Source: Pseudovirgaria hyperparasitica (Eukaryota). From it: a DNA stretch of 64,000 bases. Below, piece after piece: positions 1 to 12,479 of the stretch; position 1 is the stretch's first letter; the number at the start of each line of letters is the position of its first letter. The stretch is taken from NCBI GenBank assembly GCA_010093815.1, contig ML996567.1; one strand, 5' to 3'. The notes under the pieces are model-generated. The model saw nothing but the letters and a program-made list of their open reading frames with translations, was not told the DNA's origin and made no database searches. A program made the translations under genes and the position numbers.

Positions 1-3000
1 TGGTCAAGAAAGACCCAATATCAGGACACACACAAAGACTAGGAAGAGAATGACAAAATGGAAGACAACAGTAAAGAATAAAGCTCAAGTGTAGGGTGAC
101 TGAAGAGGAAAGGGAGCAAGTGGGAAGAAAAGTATGGCACTGGGCGCCCGATCGAGACCACACAATATTCGACATTCCAGGAACGGGATGTTGATCTGCG
201 GCGGAGTGAGGAATTCAGATACACATTGAGTGTATGAAAGGCGATTCGCACACGCGCGGAACCTCACTTCCTAGCTCCTCATATTGCTATGCGAAGAGAC
301 CTCCCGATCTAAGACCTAGACCTCCATAGCTCCTTATTTCTACACCGGTATACAATGGGGAATTAGTATGGAGTGGGAACAGTAGGCAGAAGGTCTCATA
401 CAGAAGCGTAGCGCAACAGCCCTTGAAGAAGACGAATCAAGAGACTTAGGAACCATCTCCACGATGATTGTGAACCTCTGGTCCACGACGCGTTGTAGTC
501 TCACTATTGAGGGGACAAGCATAATAATACGCCTGGACAGGAGATTCAATTAGTCGCCCTGGCCCCGTCAGCTCCAGTCTTGTCTACAACTGAACGTCAA
601 TAATAGCCAACAGTTCAACGGAAATCTGAAGGGGAAGTGCCGTAAGGTTCTATAGTCCTCAATTCATGGTGGTCGAGTCTGCCTTGCAGATAAGGTCCAA
701 TATCTTAACATAAGGAGGAGGAACTCCGACAGAAGGAAAGACGCAGTCAAAGGGTGGATGAAGGAGCTTCGAATAAAGCGGCATTGTTGCTAATTGCTAG
801 GTGACTATTGAGTCTATTATAGTATGACTATGACCAGGGGACTGGACAGAAGGGACGAAGGCATACTATCGATATGAAAGAGCTGAAGGAGTAAAAGCTA
901 GCAATGAAATGGTTGAGAGAGAGTCAGCGGCTGAGATCAGGGCAAATTGCTGACAAGATAATACTTCGCGCAAGAAATATAATGGTACAAGTAAAGGCGA
1001 AGTTGAAAGAGATGGCTTGACGAGAATATCATACGGAGAGGTAGTTCTACATGAGTCGTTGTCCAGATGACTGAAACGGAAAAGTTTTATTATAACGGGT
1101 CGGTGATGCTAGAGCCGAAAAAGGGACAGTACAGTTGCCAGCGAGGGGAGTGATGAAGTGCCATAGACCTCCTTCATGGTCGGCTCCTATTATGCTCTGG
1201 CAGTAGAAGACCTTAATGACGAAACTGTGATAGAGGAAGAGGAGCAGACTTTGGCAAGGAGCTCTACGAAGGCTACGCTGCCAAGATTCGAGCCAGGACT
1301 GGGGCTGCCAAAGCTCCAAGAGAGGGATCATGAAGGGATGTTGAAAAGAAGATCTACAGATTGAAGTGGCACTGACCTGACGACGGAACTGAAAATACCC
1401 AAATCCTAAAGGCACATGGGAAATCAAGTACAATAATATTCACAGATCATGGACTTCATCTGCTCGCCGATACCACGACCAAGTCACAGAGTATCATTGA
1501 TCCAAAATTGTAAAGATGCAATATGGCATGCCAATTGCTAAGAAACCGAAGCAGCAGCGTCGTAAGATGACTGGACAGCAAGTGGACGGCGTCACTCACT
1601 CACAAGTCTGCCTTGCCATGTATAGGTAAGAAGTGTAAGATATCGGAAAAGACGGCACTCGGAAGGGACGCTGTGTTGTGGCCAGACATGTTGATACCTA
1701 TAATAGACTATCGGAAGTGGTGTAAAGCCTGTAAGTCGAAGGATGCCGAAGTACCGCTATCCATTTCCTTCAGACGAAGAGATGATCCGTGCGCACTCAC
1801 CAAATCGCTCCAGGCGCGGACACTTGTTCGGACGGACGGACGTTGACACCAACTTCACCGCGGTCCGTCCAGGTTTCAAATCGGTATTTGATTGCATTAA
1901 CCTCAGTCTAAAGACTCTCGATGCGACGATAGGCTCGGATGCAGAGCTCTCTACCGTTAATCCGTATATGATCTCGCCATTACTATGGGCAAATGTCATA
2001 GCAAGACACTGCACAATGTTGATTGAAGCACCCCGTGTGGGTCTCGGGTGTTACCTTGTCGCCTTATATGACGACAGATCATGCCAACACCCCCTTCCCC
2101 CAAACCAAAGGAAACGATGCTAAGTGGAATGTAATGAACACCTTGTTGTCAGCCTCTGTTCAAGTTTTCTGCTGGTCCTTGCTGACCTCAGCTGGGCCTA
2201 GTTCCAGATTGGATTGTAAAGGAGTTAGTGTGTGGAGCTGCAGATCGAAGCCTTCAAGCGTCCTATATTGGCCCCAACGCACCGACAACCTTTGGAACTT
2301 CGCCATACACAAGTGGTTCCTTCCCGTCCACTGCCTCTTCCCTCCCCACATATCCCTCCTAATTGGGTACGTCCGTCACTCGTTCGATCCTCTGACTGGA
2401 GACGCTGCGAACAGACTGGCAAGAGTCAGGATGCTTTCTCGTGCTATCATCAACGACATCATCCAGTCAATGTATGTTTCAGTTGGACTCATCACTCCGG
2501 GGATTTTCCTGCACGCCATGTTAATTCGGGAAACGGTCACTATCTCCAGTCGATCTGACAGCCTCAATCCTAAAACAGCAACCCCTAAGACAAGCACTCC
2601 ATCTCTGCAACGCTATGTCCGTCACATCCGCTTTTGATATCACACTGTGCTCTTTTAGCCTGTAGGGGCTGGCTGCACCACTGATACAAATATGCAAGGT
2701 GCTTTCACCTACCGTTCGCTAGCCAATCGGCTCTCATACACACCATGAGGAGGTTGAGAACATGCAGCCGCGTCTTCCAGTCCCATAGTAGATGCCAATG
2801 CCACGTTTTGTGGACGTTAGCATGCGACAATTTTACGACCGCTTTTCAAGCCCCCAAACACTTAACATTCAAGGCGCACAACTATCAGAGTTCCAGTTTT
2901 CTGTTAGCTATATTGTGAATCAGACACTACTTCAGCTGTACTTCTCAGCCACGCATATTCCACTTCGTTGCTACCTCAAAACGGTCCTCCTCTCAGGTAC

Positions 3001-3425
3001 CGCTACTATAATCAGAATCCAGGCGCCCATATTGCTCTTGGACCAATCAGACAGACAGATCAAGCAGCCAAAACGATTGGGCTCAGCCACTCCACAACCG
3101 TCTTATCACTCACACCAGCCTTATAAACATAAAAGCATCCCAGCCTACATAGCAGACATCACTGATGACTCTGGCGCTCTGTTCTTACCTTATCAAGATC
3201 ACATCAAGATCACATAACGGTCTGCCAAACTCTTCTTGGATCTGGTGAACTACATTTCCGATCAATTCAACAATCACACGTCAACACCCTCCTACGCCGC
3301 TTCCTACGCCAAGTTTTCTCATACGCGGCCGACATTAATCGCGCCTAATCGTTCTTGGCCTTGTAAAAGACTGATCCACATTGCAAAAGTCTAGCCTCGA
3401 GATCAGAAAGCTTTAAGAAAACCCA

Positions 3426-4282
3426 ATGACTGAATACTTCACCGAAGACACCGACCGCTCTGTGCTGGGCGATAATGACATTATGAGCCAACTATTTCCA
3501 CAACCATCCAGCGCTTCGTCACATTCCGACACCATGTACGGAACCACCCTTGCACACCACAGTCCACACTTACCTAATATATCTGCTGGTGGCTCTCCGG
3601 ATTTCTACGGCAGCCCGCATCTAACACCTCTATACGGCCAACCGACATACTGGAATTCACTGCAACAGAATCCCAACCAGGCCGATTTCTCGTATCCCCG
3701 ATACTCTCTTCCGTCAGTAACGATGGCACCACTCCAGTCAATCCCCAAATCACCGCAATATCTCAACTCATACCCCTCGATATCCCGCTCATCATCAACA
3801 TCCTCAAATGGCACATACCATCTTGCCACCTCTGGGGACTACACACGCGTATACCGAAGGTCCGTCTCGCCAAGCACGCCCGACTTGCGTGCATACGGCT
3901 ACCAGAATGAGGACGGATCATGGACATGCGCCTACCCAGGCTGTGCATCCAAAGCGGTGTTCACACGAGGATGTGACCTACGGAAACATCACAAACGACA
4001 CACGAAAAGTTACTTCTGCTCTCATGAGAGTTGTCCGCAGAGTACGGGAGGCGGGTTCTCGAGTAAGAAAGATCTAGCCAGGCATATGGCAAGTCATCAG
4101 CCTAGTATTGTTTGTGAGTGGGATGGGTGCGAGAGGGTTTTTAGTAGAGTGGATAACATGGTATGTGGAGCGATCGTTGTTTCTTGGAACGTTACTAACG
4201 AGTCTTTTAGAGGGATCACGTTAAGAGGATACACATGAAGAGTATTCGTGGAGAGGTACGAAACCGAGTCAACTCTGCCTAA
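3426..4282 (+). CDS. C2H2 zinc-finger transcription factor with three fingers (exons 3426-4160, 4211-4282)
   Basis: Fingers CAYPGC..HHKRH and CSHESC..HMASH. The third finger CEWDGC..RDHVKRIH is completed only after removing intron 4161-4210 (GTATGT..TACTAAC..TTTTAG). S/P/Q-rich N-terminus. Confidence 0.9.
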
Positions 4283-6019
4283 GCTTTGAATTGAGCAGGC
4301 CGCTTGCGATTTGTGTATGATTAGTTATGAGGCATCGCCTGCCTGAAGAGCCAAAGAAGAACACAATAGGTGTGATGCGAAACGATGTGGCATATAGGGG
4401 ATTACGTTTCGTCATTAGGTTGCATTTGCTTCAGCGCACCGACACCAGAATACTTGGGGTCGTTCCCTATACCAGAGGTATACTGGTCTCACATACTACA
4501 TTGTTACACTATATGAAATATCAAGCCTTTGCGATGTATAGGAAATATCGATTAAATCGAGGCTGAGAAGGCTAGTTGGGGGCCTGAAGTAGAAGATAAA
4601 CCGGACTAAAAAGAATAAGTTCAAGGGTAGACTACCAACAGACCCCGATGTCGTGAATACCAGAAATACTATTGTGTACTATAGTAACATGAAGATATGG
4701 TCCCACAATAGGAAAGTATACCTGAGACTCGTGTAGATCTTTTTGATGTGAAGATCAGGTTCTTCATATGTCAGCATCTGCCTATCTCCGATCGAAGGAG
4801 CCATATATCCGCGCCCCTGAGCGAACGTCATTCTCTATGAGTGTCTCATCCCTGTTCGGGAAAACAGTGCTATGATTAGGTTCTGGTAGCCTACACCTTG
4901 CTTTTCGAGAGTCCGGGCCAGGCCCACTTTCGACAACTCAGTTCGGACAATTTACAAAGAGAGCTCAGAGCACAGCAGTCTTTCCGGTGATAAATCTGCT
5001 GGGCCTATTTGCAGTGAATTTCCTTATTCACAGACCTTGGCGTAAGCATGTTAGAAATCGAAGAGAGATCCATCAGGCACGGCTGTCTGGCTGTAGCCCG
5101 GGTCTGAAAAGGGATAGCTTGGCGCGAAGGGGTGGACGATGATCACAACTGAGATGGCATGAAATTGATAACAATATCAACAATACGAAACGTATCTATC
5201 ATGACAACAGCGACCTCCGACTCACGGCAATACCAAGCTCGGTAGGTAGATCCCAGCCCGGTACTTCTGAAACCGTATGCGTAAATATAATCACTCTATC
5301 CTGTCCGAGACTCGAGTACCGTACAAGGGTACCTTCTATCCTCGCGCCGACGTAGCACGGAGTTACGGACGGGAGCACGGAAGCCGCAAACCATTAGTCG
5401 TACTCTCTTCGATCCTCGCAACTTCGCTTCTCCGCATCTCTGCCACACGATTCGCATTCATACTTTTGGGACATCTTCGGCAGGCTCGGTCTTACAGAGG
5501 TTCAGCTTCTGCATGACCTTAAGCTCGTTCTGTTATGCAGATTACATGATGAACCTAGACGCAACTGACTACTTTTGAGCTGCTTCGCACAACTATAGCA
5601 CAAGCCCGCATGACATCAACTCTGCGGTAGCTAGATGATTGTTCCATACCCGTACAACGGCTTCGCGATCGACAAGCACAACTCTAGCTCTATCGCCGCT
5701 TGTTAAGCCCCAACTTAAATTTAGCAACATTATTTTCCAGTCAACAGCCACAGGCTCGAAATCTGGCTGGTATACCATTTGGTCCAAAGCTTCGCAGCCT
5801 CACCTTGACGGTTACATCGCGTGGCCTCGTGCGCCTCAATCCTCTCGTGAGGCTGGGTCGCTGATCAAGCCACAGCAAGGTCCCGATGTATACGCTCACC
5901 AACTGGCGTCTAGAGCTAATAGCGCGGCTGATCAGCCCCCCCCCTGAGTCGTGCAACTGCTACCAGTTCTCTCCGCGGCACTGGTTCTAATTGGTCGGCT
6001 CGTATATCATTGATGAAGA

Positions 6020-6560
6020 ACGTTATTATAGAACGCAGCTCCACATGTACTACAAATAGATTACAGTTTGATAGAGTATGTTTAATAAGAGAATAAGATA
6101 ATTAGCTAGATAGGTCTCACAATATAGATACCATAGTCAATATATACTAGACTAAGTTCCGTATCAAGATGTAAAATATAATTTTTTTGCTTAGAGAGAA
6201 AAATCGGTGTCTCTATAGAACCTTTTAGTACTTAGGGCTTTCAGAAAGAAACATAAGACTTCCTAATTACAAATAGATGTAATGAGGTATTATTATGATA
6301 TTACATTGATAACATTACAATCTATCTTTCAAGAAGAGATAAAAGATATGTATATGGTACACGGGATATATAGTCTCCGTTAATATTATCAAATAATATT
6401 CTCTAGATGTGTTTGTCTATATCTGATAAATAGTTCTATCATAGAATCATTACGACACGGCAAGCCATCTACGATCGATTCAGAGACATGTCATGTAATA
6501 GTTCAAGATAAGGAAAAGGTAAAGTCTACCATATCTAAATAGTATTCAGAAACTAAGGGG
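6020..6560. other. AT-rich, TpA-rich island; probable RIP-degraded repeat relic
   Basis: Abrupt visual drop in GC with dense TA/TAG/TAA and no ORF of 60 aa or more. No element family recognised. Confidence 0.45.
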
Positions 6561-6813
6561 AAGTTGGACCAGGAGGAATGAAAGCTGACTCCTAGGCAAG
6601 TGACTACTTACCAAACCTGACAGTTTTTGGGATGAATATTTACCTTGTCAAGCTATAGTTTCAACAATGATATCTTCTACCCGTCCGCGTCTCGGTCCAT
6701 CAGGCTCGAAACTTCCTTAAGTCCTCGATGTAGGCCAGCTTATGCTTGCACATTTCTGCATGCTTTACTACAGCACTTTCATTCTATGTCACTGCCCTTT
6801 CGAGGACCATCAA

Positions 6814-7016
6814 ACACACACATACACACACATACACACACATACACACACATACACACACATACACACACATACACACACATACACACACATACACACA
6901 CATANNNNNNNNNNACACACACATACACACACATACACACACATACACACACATACACACACATACACACACATACACACACATACACACACATACACAC
7001 ACATATACATATATAT
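6814..7016. repeat. Tandem repeat (CACACACATA)n spanning an assembly gap (N at 6905-6914)
   Basis: Perfect 10-bp unit repeated on both sides of the N run. Confidence 0.97.
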
Positions 7017-9609
7017 TGAACAATCGCCCAATCTCGAGAAAGCCATAGCTCTGACATGCTTCGTATATCATATAGCCCTCTCTACGTCTATCACAGTCTC
7101 AGAAATACCGTCAGATGCCAGGTAAATTCTAATGCCCTCCAGAGTTGATCAGGGTCTTCCACGGTTGCTCGTTTCGCTCTCCGACTACCAATTGTGGCAT
7201 CATATTCATATCCTGGAATGATGCCTAGACACTTGAGCTGATCTTGGGACTATATCTTATGTACGATGAGTTCCAAGTAGCCTGGCGGCATCATGTCTGC
7301 TAAGTACTTCAAAAAGCCCCACACTCTTGTCATCAGAAAAACCATGCATGATTTCCCTTGAGATTATATGCACGAGCGCCTAGGAGGTCTCAGTAGCTCA
7401 TCTCGAAGCTTCCGATCATGGGACTTGGGTCCAACAAGAAGTTAGTCTAGTTACCTCAAGCTACGGCGTGAAGATGTCATGAGTCGAGTGCTCAATACCC
7501 AGCTCCGAGCCTATTCGGAGCTCTCGCGATGACGTCGGCTACATCTTGTACACAAAGCTTCCCTAGGAGCTCCTTGGAAGCCTCTTTGGAGGCGATTCGC
7601 CAAGTACGAGTACCTGTAAGACCAATCTTCTCATATATCTCGCAGCCCAACCTTCATGGATTAAGCAAATGAAGGCTTTAGCGCAAATTGATTCGCACTT
7701 TCTTCTTTTACTGCGCCGTGTACTATTAGACCGATGAGAATGCAACCTGCGGGAATTATTGGCTTGCGACCCGAGTGGCCAGACCTCTGTGACCCACCAA
7801 AATGCAATCTATCGACCCTTGTTACCTGAGCAGGCTCATATGGCTTCCAAGGTAATGATTGACTTTCAAGAAGCGGGAAGAGTTTGAGATGCCAGGCTAC
7901 ATCGACGTCTGCATGCTCTGTAGGCTGTCCAGTGTGATCCTCAGTCTCTACGAATGTCTAAAGCAATGTTGCAAGAGATAAAGACCGTCACACCTGGATA
8001 CAAGTGACACGCGCGAGTATATCGGCTGTCTGCTCAATACCCCGATTCAGCACGGTACTTGCACTATAAAGGCAAGAGCATAGCTTTGGGACATCTCGCA
8101 GCCCAGCCTGATTCTTCGTGAAAGCTTCGATGTGAGCTACAAGTTCTTTGGGGGTAATCAGAGACATGATTTCGAGTGGACGAGAGCATCAAGGTCTACG
8201 AAGTGGTAGGAAGAAATAATCACAATATGCTAGGGTGTCCAGGCGCAGTAGGACGCGTGCCCGGGTTTAGGGTTTTTGTTGGCCACAGCATCCTTATGGG
8301 TGAAGGCAGAGAAGGTAGCGTGGCGTGGTTGCCAATCGTAGGTAGGGAGGTAGTGATGGCTTTCCAAGGTTAGATTCGGCACGGGTCCGTATTATTAATG
8401 TACACTGAATGGTTAGACCTGTAACCGGTTCCGAAACCGAGTGGATGGTCTCATCTGTGTCCCAAAAGAACGCAAGGGCAGATGTTACATGTATCGCACG
8501 AGCATGACGGCCTTCCTGGTGCCATCCTTGTGCGCAGCTCTATTGATTCGATGCTTTTTATTCACCAGTCGATGACAATGATTCGCTATGATCGCAAACA
8601 CCATATTGGGGATAGTGCAGGCATCCCTGAATAGTCGCCACGCAGACAGTCAACATGCTCTTCCATAACCACGCAATGTCTATGCAGCCAACTGCCAATG
8701 CAAAGTACTCTAGACCCATGGTTTGGCAGAGCCCACTTTAACGGACGCTTCGCTCGCCCCAGGATCTACTTAGACGAGTACTAGGCAGACCATGCGATCT
8801 TGAATCCTATAAGCTCTAAGCTTCTTTTACGCAAGGCACGAAGCAGACACCGGACTAAAATCTCTTCGTATCATCAAGAGTCGCCATACCGGGTAGAAAT
8901 CAGGGGTGAGGGGGAAGCATCCGTACTCGTTGCTTGTCTGACAACAGCCTTGTCTTGTGCGCGGTGAGGTTCGCGGACCAACTGACCACCAACCTAACGG
9001 AAGTGCCGTGGAACTGACGCCTCACGCACCGCTCACGGACGATCAATGGTGCCCTTTCCGGATAAGCGCTGGTCTCTTTCAACGGAGGCTGTGGGTCTGT
9101 GGTCTTCCCGAGCATTACAAATCGACGGCACTAAGTCTCCACGATTAGTTGGTTAGCTAGCCGGACTATAAATTAGTACATAGTATAATTAGTAGCTTCC
9201 ACGGACCGAATTGCACCTCCCCGCCGTTCATCCCAAAGTGGCATTGGCTACTGGAGCATCTTCTTCATAAAAGAGGCCTTACTCGGTGAGATCAATAGGC
9301 GAGTTTGCCATTCTGTTAACGTTTCTCATGGGCCCCTTGAGAATTAGGACATTCTACTGCGAAACCTGGCACCCGTACACAACTCTTGTCATCGCTAAAC
9401 TCTCCTCATCTAGAATGGTGCATTCTTGGCTTAGTACCACGCTTTCGGGATCTCGTCCCTGCTTGGACTTAGTAACAATACCGCTGGTTGCATTTGATAC
9501 GCAACCATATTCTAACCAGCAGCGTCAACAAATTCAGTACTTCACACACGCGAATGTTGTTTAATTCGGAGCCGCATTTCAAGCCAGCACATCTCCAAAC
9601 ACTATAACG

Positions 9610-11202
9610 CTATGTGCCTGTCATTTGCGGCCGGTCAGCTGACTTCTCAGCTATCTGTCCAGCTTCGATCGCACTGGCGTCGTCACCATCTATGACCTCG
9701 ATCTCACCTGCATCTGCTTGAACCTCGCCATGCTCACTATTCTCACCATCATCCCCATTTTCACCCGCAAACAAAATACCATCATGTTCGCTAGCGTAAC
9801 TCAATAACTCACCTCCCTTTCTCTTGGGAATCACACTCATGAATGCAGCACCCCAATCACCCAGCTCAAACCACTTCAACATAATCTCATTCACATGATT
9901 CGTCGTCAGCACTTTGCGGCTGTTCATTTTCATGTACTGGCCAATAGGAAGTCGGGCAGTCTTTATCCGATTGTCGAGGGCACGCTTATAGCAGAGACCT
10001 TTGTACCGGTTCTTGTCGACGATGGCGCCGAATATGTAGGTGGAAAAAGGCGTGAGATGCGTCAGAATATTGGGCGAGTCGGCGGTAAGATATATCGTTT
10101 CGCCCTGAGGAAAGGAATTTGTACTCGAGTCTTCAGAGGGATCACCTGGCTTTACTTCTGATGATCCGCCCTCGTCTGCTTCATCAGATTCGTCTTTCTC
10201 TGCTTGACCAGTCCCACCGCCTGCTCCGGTCACATCTGGTTGGTTTCTCGGAGTACCACCAATATTCTCCGCCTGGCGTCCTTGAGTTTCCTTCTCTTCA
10301 GCATTCCTAGCATGCTCTATATCAGCACCAGTCCCGTCTCCCACGACCCCACTACCTCCCCTCCACCCTTCCAATGCACCAGCAACCTTCCCTCCCTCCT
10401 CCCCTCTCATCCACTCCCCGGCCCTCTCCGCAACCTTCACAAAGTCCTCTTCAAAAAACCTTACCCCCTTCCATCCCTTATAATGTCCCATCATCACTGT
10501 TTCCAGCCTCTCCTTCATCCGTCCACTGAAACTCGAGATACACATATGCGCTCTATATTTCGCATGCTTGTTATCGCTGTACGAACGCGTGACTTGCGCT
10601 GTCAGCGATACGAGTTCTTTGTCGTTCATGTAGCTATCGAAATCGCAGTCGAAGATGAATGTGACGGGAAGCTGGGTGGGAAGTTGCCGTTTTCGATCGG
10701 GTGATGGATCTTGGATAGCCGGCTTGGTAGTGGTTGTGTTGCTAAGAGGGTTTGATGCCTCTAGGGCTGCCTTTTGCCGTTTGCGTTCTTTGCGTTCTTT
10801 GTCCTTTTGCTTTTTGAAGGCTTTGCGTTCAGCGCGGCTTTCGTCCCACTTCTGGGCACGGAGAAGGCGTTTTTGGGCGTTCTTGGAGAGTGGCATTCCG
10901 GTTGGGTCGGCCGCCGGGATTGTGCTTGATGAGGGTTGGTGTGTTTGAGAAGCCATGGACGTGTTAGAGGGGGTGTTTTGTGAGTCATCTATGCTGGTCG
11001 ATACACGACTATATGTGATTGTTTTGATATGATTCGAGTCTGAGATCTTGGCACTATCATTTTTGTCGTGTTCATGTGATTCATCGCTGTTTGAGGTAGG
11101 CTTGAGCAAAATTCCATCTGCAGCTTCCGTCAGAGGGAACACCACGGACGCACCGCTACCATCATGAGAGCACTTCTGAATCTTCGTTGGCCGTTCTTCC
11201 AT
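9610..11202 (-). CDS. TRM10: tRNA (guanine(9)-N1)-methyltransferase Trm10
   Basis: Motifs LSKNAQKRLLR..W, FDCDFDSYMNDKELVSL..QVTRSYSDN, YLTADS, GAIVDKNRYKG, ARLPIGQY, RKVLTTNHV, WGAAFMSVIPKRK. First ATG at 11202; the ORF track starts at an upstream TTG. Confidence 0.95.
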   Translation of the reverse strand: MEERPTKIQKCSHDGSGASVVFPLTEAADGILLKPTSNSDESHEHDKNDSAKISDSNHIKTITYSRVSTSIDDSQNTPSNTSMASQTHQPSSSTIPAADPTGMPLSKNAQKRLLRAQKWDESRAERKAFKKQKDKERKERKRQKAALEASNPLSNTTTTKPAIQDPSPDRKRQLPTQLPVTFIFDCDFDSYMNDKELVSLTAQVTRSYSDNKHAKYRAHMCISSFSGRMKERLETVMMGHYKGWKGVRFFEEDFVKVAERAGEWMRGEEGGKVAGALEGWRGGSGVVGDGTGADIEHARNAEEKETQGRQAENIGGTPRNQPDVTGAGGGTGQAEKDESDEADEGGSSEVKPGDPSEDSSTNSFPQGETIYLTADSPNILTHLTPFSTYIFGAIVDKNRYKGLCYKRALDNRIKTARLPIGQYMKMNSRKVLTTNHVNEIMLKWFELGDWGAAFMSVIPKRKGGELLSYASEHDGILFAGENGDDGENSEHGEVQADAGEIEVIDGDDASAIEAGQIAEKSADRPQMTGT

Positions 11203-11501
11203 TTCGTCATGTTGTTTCAATGCGTTTGTAGGGCGTCAGGAGTTAATTGTATCGCAAAAGCTTTACTTTTCGTCTTTTCACCAGACCGGAGCTACGCCTT
11301 CCACAGTTAGCGTGTCGCTGACTCATCCACTCAACGTCAACCTCACCTCCACATGTACCTCATGACCACAATCCGAAGAAGAAGTCAATTGCGCCACACA
11401 CGACCTCTCCACTCCGCGAATACAGCATCTATCCCCACGAGGGCTCACCACTAGAATTATTGAGGACACCGAAGTCCAAATTTGCGCACACGTCGCCCGT
11501 C

Positions 11502-12166
11502 ATGCCTCAGGATATGCCCCCCGTCGGGGGCTACGACGCCGTCCAGTACAAGCGCAATCTCCCAGTGCGCGGCTTCAGACCGAGTGTGTATCTACTTGGG
11601 ATGGGCGTGATTATGACATATGGCTTTTGGATGTATGGCAAGGGGGTTAGGGAGAAGAAGTAAGTGGTGTGAGCTTTCTTTGAACGGGAGGAGGTAATGA
11701 ATGATTGGAATGACATCGCGCAGGAGGTTAGATGACTGATGTCTAAGGATGGAGATGTCGCGGCAGACATTCAATGTCATAATCATGGGCGAAAAAAGCG
11801 TGATAGAGATGTACCCGGTGTGGGCATTGTGATTTTGGCATTTTTACAGCGACGGCATAAAGCGGGTGCTGCTTGACAAGGAAAAAAGCATAGCTGACTT
11901 CACCTGCAGCGAACTTGGTCGTGAGAAACAATGGTCTCGGATACACCTTATCCCCCTACTGCAAGCAGAAGAAGACCGCGATCAAGTGCGGAGGATGCTA
12001 GCGGACAAGCAGCGTGAGAAGGAGCTGCTTGGTGCCAATCTCAAAGTGTATCACAACGATAGGTATGTATACCGCTTTGCCATAGTTTCCTACTGTAGGT
12101 TGCTAATTGGTTGCTAGATTTGTTCGACCTACTTATGTTGCTACACCTGAGAACGTTACGAAATAG
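11502..12166 (+). CDS. NDUFA13: Complex I subunit NDUFA13/GRIM-19 (exons 11502-11659, 11910-12062, 12118-12166)
   Basis: MPQDMPPVGGYDAVQYKRNLP..REKN|ELGREKQWSRIHLIPLLQAEEDRD..VYHNDR|FVRPTY. Canonical splice sites keep the frame. Confidence 0.95.
11748..11880 (+). other. Candidate structured intronic RNA element / cassette exon within NDUFA13 intron 1
   Basis: 250-nt intron. Stems ATGTCA(11774-79)/TGGCAT(11836-41), AATCAT(11781-86)/GTGATT(11829-34) and GTACCCG(11811-17)/CGGGTGC(11863-69). Internal branch-like ACTGAT at 11735-40. Confidence 0.45.
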
Positions 12167-12479
12167 ATGGATGATGTTGGGGATCGATACGAAGGCCTAG
12201 AAAATACTGGCCTATACTGAGCAAAGTAACTCAAGAAGTGGCTTCAAGTTGTGGCCATTGTAAATATGGAGTATGTCGCGGCTTATTGGGACAGCTGCCG
12301 CTACCGCCGCACCCTCACGGTCTGCGCGGAATGTACCAATCTCTTTTGTTCCACATACAACGCGAATATAGCAAGATACGACAAACGCTCAAATAATTAC
12401 TGTCTGTATGGACGATGAAACATCCTGGCAGTCTCAAATTCAATTTGCACCACATTTGAGTCTCGTCACGCTTCTGGAT

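Noticed and set aside
1613..3217. Overlapping 77-204 aa ORFs upstream of the C2H2 gene
   Set aside because: Mostly non-ATG starts, no motifs, no consistent splice model.
6645..7125. Six HT/CV-repeat ORFs
   Set aside because: Translation artefacts of the 10-bp satellite across an N gap.
7480..8110. Short matches TGCTCAATACC, ATCTCGCAGCCCA and GGCTACATC each occurring twice
   Set aside because: The copies are not collinear, so a tandem duplication cannot be supported.
8262..8275. GGGTTTAGGGTT telomere-like motif
   Set aside because: Fewer than two full units; expected by chance.
11660..11909. TPP riboswitch in the NDUFA13 intron
   Set aside because: The TPP consensus (GCUGAGA, CUGAU..UAAU..GCG.AGG) is absent and the gene is unrelated to thiamine. 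Only the architectural analogy is retained.
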